Sequence record: OR167180
DNA: 64,000 nt
Strand: one strand, 5' to 3'
DNA from: Escherichia phage MIZ4
The notes beneath the pieces are model-generated. The model was given only the letters and a program-made list of their open reading frames with translations, searched no databases and had not been told where the DNA came from. A program made the translations under genes and the position numbers. This document shows, in pieces, positions 8,722 through 17,965 of the stretch (its first letter is position 1; every line of letters begins with the position of its first letter).

Positions 8722-9117
8722 TTACTTACTAAATTTCTTTTTGGCTTCGTCTACCGCATGAGATGCCAGTACCGCAGCCGCATGTGCACTTTTATCTGTG
8801 TTGCAGAGAACGCCCAGATAAACATCACGCCAAAGTTTAATCATCTCGTAGATCATATCAATATCATTTTCTTGTTTGTTGGCGATGCTATTCGTTGTTA
8901 TCTGGTAAGGTAACGGCTTAATCTGTACTGGTTCCGCCATAGGGCTAATCGGTTGCGGATCAGTCATAATAGGTGCTGTTGTGGGTGGTGTTTTCCATAC
9001 GCCATTATTCCACGGTTTAATCGTTGTATCGTAAAGTTTATAAGGATTTTTGTCTGGGTCAACCATCCAGGCATGATGAGTACCCAAACCATTTGAAGTA
9101 ATGCGTCGTTCAGTCAT
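8722..9117 (-). CDS. Hypothetical protein (131 aa)
   Basis: ORF in array. Confidence 0.5.
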   Translation of the reverse strand: MTERRITSNGLGTHHAWMVDPDKNPYKLYDTTIKPWNNGVWKTPPTTAPIMTDPQPISPMAEPVQIKPLPYQITTNSIANKQENDIDMIYEMIKLWRDVYLGVLCNTDKSAHAAAVLASHAVDEAKKKFSK

Positions 9118-9319
9118 ACTTTCCCTCCAAAAATTCTTTCATCAAATAGTCTATCGTTGCTCTGTGTTCTGGTGTGTTTGTTATCTCTGCTAACTTGTTC
9201 AGAGATTCAATAGTGATCCGGTTGGCTTCTTCCATAGTCTCAACGACCATTGGTACAATCTTTTTATTGTTGTACACGAAAGCCACATAACCGCCTTCTG
9301 GATATTCTTTCATAATCAA
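9110..9319 (-). CDS. Hypothetical protein (69 aa)
   Basis: ORF overlapping neighbours by a few nt. Confidence 0.45.
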   Translation of the reverse strand: MIMKEYPEGGYVAFVYNNKKIVPMVVETMEEANRITIESLNKLAEITNTPEHRATIDYLMKEFLEGKYD

Positions 9320-10695
9320 CCCTTCTTAAGTTCTTTAAGATCTTTCTTATATTCCTTCATTGCGGTCGTCTTTGTCCAATACTCATATTCACTATGATGT
9401 TTATCGGCATCTTTGACCAGTCGATCATACTCTTCTTGAGTAACGCTATACAATGGCATAGAAACTAGCTTATCGGCGTATGGACGCAGTTTTTCATGTC
9501 CATTGATGGATTGCATTACCTCGGCCTTTTTCTTGCCCTGTAGCTCGATTTCGCCCTTAATTACGCGATCGATAAATTCAGCTTTAGCCATTGCATAATT
9601 GTATGCTTCCAGCGTTTCCGCTTGCATCAATTCAATTCGTTTATCTACATACCCTAATCGGATTTCGACGAATCGACGGATCAGATCGCTCGCTTTCTCG
9701 AATACTTCTACTAAACCACGTTCATTAACCACTACGATATTCTGGGCTACTAACTGTGTTAGTTTAAAATCCTTCATGATTTGCTCATGTCGAGCGGATT
9801 CATCTTCGCTTTTGAAATAATCGCGTTTCAGTGTTACTTCAAATCTGAATCCATCCTTAGAGCAACGGTCATTATACGATACAATCAGATCTTTTTCTTC
9901 CAGTGCATCCAGTACCGCTACATATTCTTCACGGTCGAACTTATAAGGAACTTCTGATATTGTCAGCTTAGTCTTGCCGTTTAGTTCATATGTACCCTCA
10001 AGAATCACACCATCGCGGTCATCACGAGGGATAACTTTACCCGTGAATTTCGGGAATTGAACACTAGGTTCTTTATCCAGTTTTCCGGCGAGTGCTAGCT
10101 CTGTGCATTCAATAAGGCTTTCCAGTGAATGCGGTAAAATGTCAGTTTTATACCCTGTAGCAATACCACTAATACCATTAGCCAATACCATTGGCACAAC
10201 TGGCAAGTAGAACGCTGGCGGGATGTGTTCCAGATCTTCGTGCTTAGGTGCGCAATTCATATCTTTATAGATTTTAAAGAAGTTTTCATGCACACGAGCA
10301 AAAATATAACGTGCTGCACCTGCTTTCTGGACTAAACGCGATCCGAAGTTACCTTGACCGTCAAGCAGTGGAGTATTATTGCTCCATGTATTCGCCATGA
10401 GTGATCCGGCTTCTACGGCATTAGTTTCCCCGTGGTGATACCCCAACTCAGCGACACCAGATCCAATATCTGCCATCTTACGGAATTTCTTACGGTCGCC
10501 TTTACTCTTTTGCAAAGCACATTCCATAACAAAGCGTTGCACTGGTTTAAGCCCATCCACTAATTGAGGAATCCCGCGTTCCTCGGCAGAATAGATCGCA
10601 TATTCCTTAGCTTCATTATGTACAATGCTTTCAAGGCTGCGGTAAGTAAATGTGTTTACAATTTGACTAATTTTATCCATCTTCACCTCATACAC
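9316..10695 (-). CDS. 52: DNA topoisomerase II medium subunit gp52 (GyrA-like)
   Basis: 459 aa; GyrA-type N-terminal motif GLKPVQRFV; extensive block similarity to T4 gp52 as recalled (..ADLGYHHGE..LLDGQGNFGSR..YIFARV..). Confidence 0.9.
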   Translation of the reverse strand: MYEVKMDKISQIVNTFTYRSLESIVHNEAKEYAIYSAEERGIPQLVDGLKPVQRFVMECALQKSKGDRKKFRKMADIGSGVAELGYHHGETNAVEAGSLMANTWSNNTPLLDGQGNFGSRLVQKAGAARYIFARVHENFFKIYKDMNCAPKHEDLEHIPPAFYLPVVPMVLANGISGIATGYKTDILPHSLESLIECTELALAGKLDKEPSVQFPKFTGKVIPRDDRDGVILEGTYELNGKTKLTISEVPYKFDREEYVAVLDALEEKDLIVSYNDRCSKDGFRFEVTLKRDYFKSEDESARHEQIMKDFKLTQLVAQNIVVVNERGLVEVFEKASDLIRRFVEIRLGYVDKRIELMQAETLEAYNYAMAKAEFIDRVIKGEIELQGKKKAEVMQSINGHEKLRPYADKLVSMPLYSVTQEEYDRLVKDADKHHSEYEYWTKTTAMKEYKKDLKELKKG

Positions 10696-11050
10696 GCTTA
10701 CAAATCACATTCTTTACTTTATCAGATTTATCAGCCCAATCCAATAGCCATTTTAACGGAAGGATTGACACAATAAACGGGGCAGCAATCAAAGCAAACA
10801 TGATACACCTGATAATCAGGAAAACGCAAGTGACAAAACTAGCGATAGAGATCCCGACAAAACAAAATACCATAGAAAACAGAGTAATGATATAGAAAGG
10901 CCAGAATACCCACTCCCGCATCTTAACGCCTTTGTATTCTCTGAATTGCTTAAAATCTACAAACAACTCTCGGATAGACGCGTACAGGACCGAAAAATCA
11001 TCTTTCATTGCTCTGAATGAGCAATCTTCTATTTTAGAATGACCTAGCAT
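10688..11050 (-). CDS. Hypothetical membrane protein (120 aa, 2-3 TM helices)
   Basis: Long hydrophobic stretches; occupies the rIIB-52 interval where T4 has ac/stp/ndd. Confidence 0.45.
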   Translation of the reverse strand: MLGHSKIEDCSFRAMKDDFSVLYASIRELFVDFKQFREYKGVKMREWVFWPFYIITLFSMVFCFVGISIASFVTCVFLIIRCIMFALIAAPFIVSILPLKWLLDWADKSDKVKNVICKRV

Positions 11051-11052
11051 TA

Positions 11053-11346
11053 TTAACCGCCTTTAACCATTGATACCGGAATTGTTTTCTGATTTGTGTA
11101 TAATTGGCCTACTTCAATTTTTTCTTGAATCACCACGACGTTACAATATCCACTGTCTTTAAGTTTTCTGATAATAACTCGCTTTTGTTCGTCGGTGATA
11201 GGATTGACTGTTCTCACCAATTCACCGCAAATAATAGCACCATCTTTACAATTACCAGTAACTTTCATGCTACGACCGTGAACAACAACCGCATCACCGT
11301 AAATCACATTTTCGTCGTCGTATTTGGTAATAACCGTGACCGTCAT
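11053..11346 (-). CDS. Hypothetical protein (97 aa)
   Basis: ORF in array. Confidence 0.45.
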   Translation of the reverse strand: MTVTVITKYDDENVIYGDAVVVHGRSMKVTGNCKDGAIICGELVRTVNPITDEQKRVIIRKLKDSGYCNVVVIQEKIEVGQLYTNQKTIPVSMVKGG

Positions 11347-11391
11347 AATGTATTCCCTCTAAGAAAGGCCGCGCAAAGCGGCCTATGTTGA

Positions 11392-11718
11392 TTATTGTTC
11401 TACAGTATAGCCGTTGTTTTCAAGCCATGCAATAACAATCTTTTCGCCAATTTCATCGAGCATTTCATCAGCGCCATATTCTTTAATGAAAGTCGATGGA
11501 TCATTATTGCTTACTACGTGCTGGATCACAACATGTTCAGGAATTGCGTCTAGCAGTTCGCTATGATCATACTCATTAACGATATCTTCAACACTAACAT
11601 TATTAACCAAATCAACATCATCCATAGTCACAGTAACGCGACCGGACGGACGCAATGAATATTGGCTACTTTCAACTTCAACATGTGCACTTTCGCAAGT
11701 AACTTTCATATCAACCAT
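11392..11718 (-). CDS. Hypothetical acidic protein (108 aa)
   Basis: ORF in array, Asp/Glu-rich. Confidence 0.45.
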   Translation of the reverse strand: MVDMKVTCESAHVEVESSQYSLRPSGRVTVTMDDVDLVNNVSVEDIVNEYDHSELLDAIPEHVVIQHVVSNNDPSTFIKEYGADEMLDEIGEKIVIAWLENNGYTVEQ

Positions 11719-11732
11719 AATTAATTCCTCTG

Positions 11733-12734
11733 TTAGTAATGGCTAAAACCTTCGGTTACATCTTCAACCACATAGTAACGATGACAGCGCATTTTGGCAT
11801 TCGCATAATCTTTCGGGATACTTACAACGTGACGCGGATCAACTTTACATTTAATGATTCGGCCTCGTCCACCGCCATAGTGCGGAATATAGTGTTTCGC
11901 TGCAACGTGGAGTCCATTAGAGCAAGTGCGATCATCATCTGGGTCCACGTCTTTACGCTTCATTTTAACCGTGCGCCCTGGGCTATTATCAAACGTATGC
12001 GTAAAGAAATCTTTATAATCAACATCAACACGTTTCCATGCATAGAAACAACCATCTTCCCCGATCTCAATGTCGTTGTGCTCTAAGAAGTCAAATAGAC
12101 GATCTACCGCCTTACGGCTAGGGTTTTTCTTGCACTTCTCAAAGAAGTTCAGATAGTGCGTATATGGCTTATTCTCTTTAATCGACTCCACAACTCGACG
12201 AGTCAGATTATTATCAAGAACAATATTATGATAATACACAATACCATTTTCGATACGGAAAGCGCCGTGATAATATACTTCAACCGCTTTCTTAATGTCA
12301 ATCAGCGTAATAGCTTTGATGAAATCATTATGTTTAATCACTTCCAGTGCTTCATTAAAGTTAACATGCGACGGATCAGCAGTATAAACAATGTCACCAC
12401 ATGTAATAGTAATAAACTTAGTTGAGGCTATTGCTACGATTTTTGAGGAAGTAGTCACGGGCTTTTTTGCGCGTTCACCTCCTTTTCCTTTACTGGTTTT
12501 ACGGCGTGCTTTACGTTTTTCTAGTGCCTTGCGACCTTCCGCTACTGCGTCTTTCTGAATCAGTAATACACGGGAAGCAGTACGACGAGATACCCCAAAT
12601 GCTGCCGCAAGTGCTTCGCGGGTAGTAAACTTACCTTCGCCCCACTGTTTAGCCAGTTTGATTTGTTTTTCAGAATCCAGGCATTGAACGTTACGGTCAG
12701 AGACGGTGATTTTTGCTTTAGTCATAGTATTCAT
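11733..12734 (-). CDS. rIIB: rIIB protein
   Basis: 333 aa; conserved rIIB blocks AVDRLFDFLEHNDIEIGEDGCFYAWK, TFDNSPGRTVKM, TCSNGLHV, PRHVVSIPKDYANAKMR, YVVEDVTE; adjacent to rIIA. Confidence 0.85.
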   Translation of the reverse strand: MNTMTKAKITVSDRNVQCLDSEKQIKLAKQWGEGKFTTREALAAAFGVSRRTASRVLLIQKDAVAEGRKALEKRKARRKTSKGKGGERAKKPVTTSSKIVAIASTKFITITCGDIVYTADPSHVNFNEALEVIKHNDFIKAITLIDIKKAVEVYYHGAFRIENGIVYYHNIVLDNNLTRRVVESIKENKPYTHYLNFFEKCKKNPSRKAVDRLFDFLEHNDIEIGEDGCFYAWKRVDVDYKDFFTHTFDNSPGRTVKMKRKDVDPDDDRTCSNGLHVAAKHYIPHYGGGRGRIIKCKVDPRHVVSIPKDYANAKMRCHRYYVVEDVTEGFSHY

Positions 12735-12787
12735 TCCTCTATTAGTTGGGCGACTATCGCCGCCCGATTCACATCATTATACCAGAA

Positions 12788-12919
12788 TTATTTTGCTTCT
12801 ACAACCTTGCGGATTGTGCGGTCTGATACATTATAGATTCGTGCCAGTTCGCCTTTAGTCAAGCCGCGAGCGTATTGTTTACGGATGGTTTCTTTCTGGA
12901 TAGCGGTCAGTTTAGTCAT
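12788..12919 (-). CDS. Small HTH protein resembling the rIIB N-terminal domain (43 aa)
   Basis: Hand-translated minus-strand ORF MTKLTAIQKETIRKQYARGLTKGELARIYNVSDRTIRKVVEAK with strong GAGGTGAT SD; resembles the T4 rIIB N-terminus as recalled. Confidence 0.5.
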   Translation of the reverse strand: MTKLTAIQKETIRKQYARGLTKGELARIYNVSDRTIRKVVEAK

Positions 12920-12930
12920 AATATCACCTC

Positions 12931-15039
12931 TTAAAATTTAACATTCTTAACCAGTTTCATAAAGTCTTGTGCGCGTTTGTCGTTATGCAGAATACGATAC
13001 CAGTTATCTACAATATCATACAGTAACGGGCTATTCTCTTTAAACTTCGCACAAACTGCTTTAATTCGTTCGTTTGCTGCCGTGAATTTTTCATCACAGA
13101 TCTTTTTAGTTTCTTCGTCCATAATCCAACGAGTATGAAGGAGTAACTTGGAAACCTCTTTATTATAATGACGACCGTACAGTCTGTCAATAAATTCTGG
13201 AACACAGCGTTCTAGTTCATCGTCATGAAACAACATAGTGATCACACCCAGATATTCGCCATACCCCAGATGATTGGTCTTAACCTTCTTAGCCAGACCA
13301 GCCAGCTTACCGCGAACAAATTCTAGCGCACATTCCAATTGTTCGTCAACGAGATATTTTTGTGTCTCGTTACGAGTAATAATATACTTTGTTACCCCGA
13401 AGTAGTCAAGCGCCGTGTGTAATGTATTTTCACTATAGATCGATTTACGACTACGGCTTTCGAATGCATCACCTACGCGGAACATGTGCAAGCCGGATAA
13501 CTCGCGAATCTCTGCCGATTTCATGTGATGGCTGGTTTTATGCCAACTGTCACCAATCTTTTCCATAATATACACGTTAGGCAGCTTAGGAGTCGCTTCA
13601 CGTTGTGTGCGCTCGGTCTTCTCCGGTTTAACTGCTTTAGCACGCAGATCATCGGCCTCAGACACTTTAATCACGGTCATTTCAGAATCATCATAATACT
13701 GTTTGATGTACTCGAAAGTCTCCATATGTTTTTCGTTGCGCTGACGGAACACAAGTACCTTTTTATTGATGCCGTATTCCTGGACCATACCGTTAAGAGT
13801 CAGTGCACGCAGTTTCGGTTTATCGGTATCATCAATAAGACACGTAATATCTTCTTTATGCATCCATACAAAATGCGTAATGTTGTATTGACTGCTAACG
13901 AAAGCAGGGCGCAATTTACTGATTGTGTGACGAGTACGATACAGAGTATACACCTGACCTTCTACGTCATTAGGCGAATCTTTACCCGCATTCACAAACT
14001 TATTATAGATTGCTACCGGATCATCCCACTTCCCGATCTTACCCATCTTGCTAATAATATTGCGTTGAGTCGATGAATACTCGCTCATAAATTGCGCAAG
14101 TTTACGCTCTGTTTTAATGTTGGCGATCTTTTCTTTAACCTTTTCCAACATCATTTCATTGATTTCTGCAATACGTTTTTCGATGTTTGCTTTAGTCTCA
14201 ATTGACAAGTGAACTTCTTCACGCGATGGCATCAGGTCCAGATCACCCAACTCAAAATTAATGTAAATGGTCTGGTGCTGGCGGTTTACAGCTTCTAACC
14301 ATGTTCCGCGAACATATTCATACGGGATCGGATACTGAATCTTACCCATGATTGCATATACTACCCAGGAATCGTTATCACGCCCATTACACACATAATA
14401 ATTATCAAAGCTAGGGAAATAATTAATTTCGATTGCATTGATATTAGGTTTATGTTCCCCAAAATGACGCAGTACAAATTGCGCTTCTCGATGCCATGTC
14501 TGAATATCTTTTTCTTTCACCGGAATAGTGATTTTCAGACCATTGTCTTCATAGGTCGGTTCGTCGAAAATCTGCACCATTTTCGGCATCGAGTTTTGCA
14601 CAAATGCCGTAAAGCCATAAGCGCGACCATTGTAATAGTTTACGATTGTAAAGGTGTCGGTATAGCTATAAGCAGACTTCGCACCCAAACCAAAAGACCC
14701 GATATAGTCATTAGTCTGGTCTTTTGTTGATTCAAAGTAAACCGTAAACAGTTGTTCTAATTCTTTCTTAGACGGAATACCAGTACCATAATCACGCACA
14801 GAAAAATACGGTTCGATTGCAGTCGGTAAATGAATATCAAACGGACGATCTAAGGTTCCGGCTTCTTTGTGAGTGTCGGTAGCATTGCACGAATACTCAC
14901 GGACGCAAGCACGCTCACAATATTGATAAGTGTTCTTAGAAAGCACCATAAAAGCCTTGCTACTTGCTTTCAGTGAAAAATCAACCGCACCGCTCAAGTC
15001 ACTGCCAAATACTTCTTCATTATCAATATGCATTTTCAT
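12931..15039 (-). CDS. rIIA: rIIA protein
   Basis: 702 aa (T4 rIIA ~725 aa); position between 39 and rIIB in T4 synteny; conserved SD-spacer GAGGATTATATTATG at the start. Confidence 0.75.
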   Translation of the reverse strand: MKMHIDNEEVFGSDLSGAVDFSLKASSKAFMVLSKNTYQYCERACVREYSCNATDTHKEAGTLDRPFDIHLPTAIEPYFSVRDYGTGIPSKKELEQLFTVYFESTKDQTNDYIGSFGLGAKSAYSYTDTFTIVNYYNGRAYGFTAFVQNSMPKMVQIFDEPTYEDNGLKITIPVKEKDIQTWHREAQFVLRHFGEHKPNINAIEINYFPSFDNYYVCNGRDNDSWVVYAIMGKIQYPIPYEYVRGTWLEAVNRQHQTIYINFELGDLDLMPSREEVHLSIETKANIEKRIAEINEMMLEKVKEKIANIKTERKLAQFMSEYSSTQRNIISKMGKIGKWDDPVAIYNKFVNAGKDSPNDVEGQVYTLYRTRHTISKLRPAFVSSQYNITHFVWMHKEDITCLIDDTDKPKLRALTLNGMVQEYGINKKVLVFRQRNEKHMETFEYIKQYYDDSEMTVIKVSEADDLRAKAVKPEKTERTQREATPKLPNVYIMEKIGDSWHKTSHHMKSAEIRELSGLHMFRVGDAFESRSRKSIYSENTLHTALDYFGVTKYIITRNETQKYLVDEQLECALEFVRGKLAGLAKKVKTNHLGYGEYLGVITMLFHDDELERCVPEFIDRLYGRHYNKEVSKLLLHTRWIMDEETKKICDEKFTAANERIKAVCAKFKENSPLLYDIVDNWYRILHNDKRAQDFMKLVKNVKF

Positions 15040-15053
15040 AATATAATCCTCAC

Positions 15054-15311
15054 TTAATTAAAATCTTCTTTGTCCATCTCTGCGTAGATTACATCCCACG
15101 CCCATAAATCAATAAACGCATTATATGTCACGGTGCAATCGTTGTCAATCACTTCTTTCGCATATTTCTTGATGTTTTCGTAGGAAACTTGCGGGTCAAT
15201 TTTGTGTTTACGAAGGTGCGCATATTCATATCTCAGACATTTCATAAATAGGTCCATCGATTTCTTTTCTCGATGACACTTGGCGATCATAAAATCAAAA
15301 CTTCGACTCAT
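15054..15311 (-). CDS. Hypothetical protein (85 aa)
   Basis: ORF in array. Confidence 0.45.
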   Translation of the reverse strand: MSRSFDFMIAKCHREKKSMDLFMKCLRYEYAHLRKHKIDPQVSYENIKKYAKEVIDNDCTVTYNAFIDLWAWDVIYAEMDKEDFN

Positions 15312-15322
15312 TTTTCTACTCC

Positions 15323-15517
15323 TTATACATTTTCAATTACCCATTGCAGATGGGCTTCTGCGTCAACCAGTTCAGCGCGGCTTTTCTCTAAGCACTTGCT
15401 GTATTCTTTACGTTCCCACTCGGCAATTTCGTTTTTCAGGACTTCTTCATAGTAAGCAATTACGCCTTTCAGGTCTGAAACTTTACGGCTTGCCAATTCG
15501 ATGTAATGGTTACGCAT
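15323..15517 (-). CDS. Hypothetical protein (64 aa)
   Basis: ORF in array. Confidence 0.4.
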   Translation of the reverse strand: MRNHYIELASRKVSDLKGVIAYYEEVLKNEIAEWERKEYSKCLEKSRAELVDAEAHLQWVIENV

Positions 15518-15713
15518 TTTGATTCTCCTTTGTTACTAGATAACGAATTTGGTCTTGCATTGCGATCAGTTCCCAGCGTGCTACTTTCATCATGGAAACT
15601 GACTCTTTGAACATAATATTAGCTTTTTCCTTCTCCCCTGTCAAGTAGATTTCTGCAATTTTTTCACAAAATTTTTGAGTTTCTTCATTCTTAAACGGTT
15701 TCATATAAGTCAA
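15510..15713 (-). CDS. Hypothetical protein (67 aa)
   Basis: ORF preceded by promoter. Confidence 0.45.
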   Translation of the reverse strand: MTYMKPFKNEETQKFCEKIAEIYLTGEKEKANIMFKESVSMMKVARWELIAMQDQIRYLVTKENQNA

Positions 15714-15734
15714 CCTTTTGTTTTCGATGGGGAC

Positions 15735-15763
15735 ATTATGATATATCCCCGATCCAGTGTCAA
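15735..15763 (-). promoter_or_regulatory. Sigma70-like early promoter (TTGACA-17-CATAAT) with GGGGAT/ATCCCC spacer palindrome
   Basis: Minus-strand motif; upstream AAAAATCTGTTGACA. Confidence 0.5.
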
Positions 15764-15770
15764 CAGATTT

Positions 15771-16070
15771 TTAATCTTTTTTCAGTGCATCCATTACTCG
15801 CTCTGCGATCAGTTCTCGTAAGCACTGATAACCATGATATTTGATGGCAATGTCACGCAGATCATTAACCAGTTCCCGTACTTCATGGTCTTTCAGATCG
15901 TCTCTGTATTTCGATTTAACCGTGTCTTTAGGTGGATTGCGGATAACCTGAAAACCTTGTTCTGCAATCACTGCGGCTTCGCGCTGGCGTTCATGTTGTA
16001 CTGTATTTTTGATCAGGTCTGCTTCCATGAACTTTGCCATACTCATCATCATGTTATTCTTTTTGCTCAT
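15771..16070 (-). CDS. Hypothetical protein (start at internal ATG MSKKNN..)
   Basis: ORF 15771..16151 trimmed because the promoter lies at 16095..16122; ATG at 16070 has GAGGA SD. Confidence 0.45.
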   Translation of the reverse strand: MSKKNNMMMSMAKFMEADLIKNTVQHERQREAAVIAEQGFQVIRNPPKDTVKSKYRDDLKDHEVRELVNDLRDIAIKYHGYQCLRELIAERVMDALKKD

Positions 16071-16094
16071 TATTAAATCCTCATAAAAGAAAAG

Positions 16095-16122
16095 GGAGAC
16101 TCCCATTATAGAGAATCTCCCT
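16095..16122 (-). promoter_or_regulatory. Sigma70-like early promoter (TTGACA-16-TATAAT) with GGGAGA..TCTCCC palindrome
   Basis: Consensus -35 and -10 hexamers on the minus strand just downstream of the gp39 stop. Confidence 0.55.
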
Positions 16123-16135
16123 TGTCTGTCAAGTG

Positions 16136-17959
16136 TTATGATTGCATCCAAATTTTGCGCTGATCTGCATCTTCACTATAGAGCAAATCGAATAGCTCTT
16201 TATAGTTTTCCGGTAACGTGATGATCTCCATGACAGGATCGTTGATCACGCGATGATAGTCTGATTCTGTGAGCGATGCTAAACCTTTGATATATCGAAT
16301 GTTGTAACCTTTGATATTATCTCGGTCGTTCTCGAAATCTTCTAGGTCATAATACCATCGAACATCATCACCTTTCTTTGGTTCAGCAATGATAATAGGT
16401 GTTTTGATAAACCGGATTCGTCCATCTTCGAACAATTCAGGCCAACGTGCAAAGAAAGAGATCAGACTAGGTTTAATAGACCCGATCCCGTCAGTATCAG
16501 CGTCGGTCATAATCGCAATATTTTTGTATTGCATAACTTCCAATGCATCAACACCAAATTGCAAGCCAGTGATCGCCATGATGTTAAAAATTTCGGCGTT
16601 CTTAACGATCTTTGCCTCCGGTTGTTCCCACGTTGTAAGAGTTTTGCCTCGCAACGGGAAACCTCCATGTAAATCTTGATCGCGTACAGAGATCAGATAG
16701 TTGATCGCGGAATCACCTTCCGTCAAAAACAGGGTAGTTTCTGCGTCAGTTCCAATAAGGTTAGCTTTAACGTGTTTTGCCACCTTAGCCCGTTTCGCTG
16801 CCTTTGCTGCCTTAGTCGCTGCCGCTTTATCTGCTGCCTCTTTGCGTGCCAGGACTACAGCAATAATAGGCATGATAATGTTTTCTTTCTTAGCAATGAC
16901 TTTAGCCAGCTTTTTAAAATCAAGATCAATATGACGCTTGATATCACCAGTTGGATTAGTCAATCGTTCTTTTGTCTGTGAATCAAAACGGAGGTTTGGC
17001 AATTCACGAACAATAAGAATACAGGTCAATCCAGACTTAACCGCAGCTTTAGTAACATCAACCTTATATTCTTTCTTGATTCGTTTTACAATCTCTTCAC
17101 AAAGATCATCTGTCACATAATCAACGTGTGTTCCCCCGTTTTTGGTAAACAGACCATTAGCAAAGGATACTGATTTAAAACCTTCTCCCTCGACCGCAGG
17201 AACTAGGGCAAGTGAAAAGTTTTTATCTTCAATGACAAACGGATCATCATTGTATAGTTTAGCATAATCCTTGAACTTGCTGGTTATCTTTTTTCCATTA
17301 AACTTAAACGTGATCTTAGGAAAGATTACACTTAAGGAATACATACGGTCACAAATTACATCTGAAATTTCTTGTGACATGATCATACCTTCAAAATGAT
17401 CGAAATCGGGGCAGAACGTAACCTTAGTTCCTTTCAGTTTTGACGGCTTAGATGACCAGCTAATATTTTCTGCACCATTGGTACATTGAACGGTCAGTTC
17501 ATTCTCTCCGTCACACGTCACACCAGTAAACCAGGACGAGAAAAATGATGTGAGCGCGCTTCCGATCCCATTCATACCCATAGTAACACGATTTGTATCA
17601 TCAAAGTTAGACCCTGCTTTAGCTCGTGTCCATGCAGCAACTGGTTGTGGAATCTGTTTCCCTTCTGGCGTCGTAACAATATGTTGCGGAATACCGCGAC
17701 CATTATCTGTTACTGACACAATGTTATCTTTTATATCCACACTAATAACATTAGCGTACTCAAAATTAGTGCGGATCGCCTCGTCTACAGAATTGTCGAT
17801 AATTTCATCAATAATTTTAACTAGACCGGGAACGTATGAAACTTTGGTCCATTTTCCAAATAGGAAACGATTGTGTGATTCATAAGTCGTTGACCCGATG
17901 TACATTGAAGGTCTCTTAAGACAGTGAGCGCGATCATCCAACAGCAAAAATTCAGACAT
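16136..17959 (-). CDS. 39: DNA topoisomerase II large subunit, fused gp39+gp60 (GyrB-like)
   Basis: 607 aa; GHKL ATPase N-terminus ..MYIGS..DEIIDNSVDE..DNGRGIP; C-terminal region continues through gp60-like sequence without interruption. Confidence 0.9.
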   Translation of the reverse strand: MSEFLLLDDRAHCLKRPSMYIGSTTYESHNRFLFGKWTKVSYVPGLVKIIDEIIDNSVDEAIRTNFEYANVISVDIKDNIVSVTDNGRGIPQHIVTTPEGKQIPQPVAAWTRAKAGSNFDDTNRVTMGMNGIGSALTSFFSSWFTGVTCDGENELTVQCTNGAENISWSSKPSKLKGTKVTFCPDFDHFEGMIMSQEISDVICDRMYSLSVIFPKITFKFNGKKITSKFKDYAKLYNDDPFVIEDKNFSLALVPAVEGEGFKSVSFANGLFTKNGGTHVDYVTDDLCEEIVKRIKKEYKVDVTKAAVKSGLTCILIVRELPNLRFDSQTKERLTNPTGDIKRHIDLDFKKLAKVIAKKENIIMPIIAVVLARKEAADKAAATKAAKAAKRAKVAKHVKANLIGTDAETTLFLTEGDSAINYLISVRDQDLHGGFPLRGKTLTTWEQPEAKIVKNAEIFNIMAITGLQFGVDALEVMQYKNIAIMTDADTDGIGSIKPSLISFFARWPELFEDGRIRFIKTPIIIAEPKKGDDVRWYYDLEDFENDRDNIKGYNIRYIKGLASLTESDYHRVINDPVMEIITLPENYKELFDLLYSEDADQRKIWMQS

Positions 17960-17965
17960 ATTATA

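Noticed and set aside
13525-14076. 183-aa plus-strand ORF inside rIIA
   Set aside because: Completely embedded antisense within the well-supported rIIA coding region.
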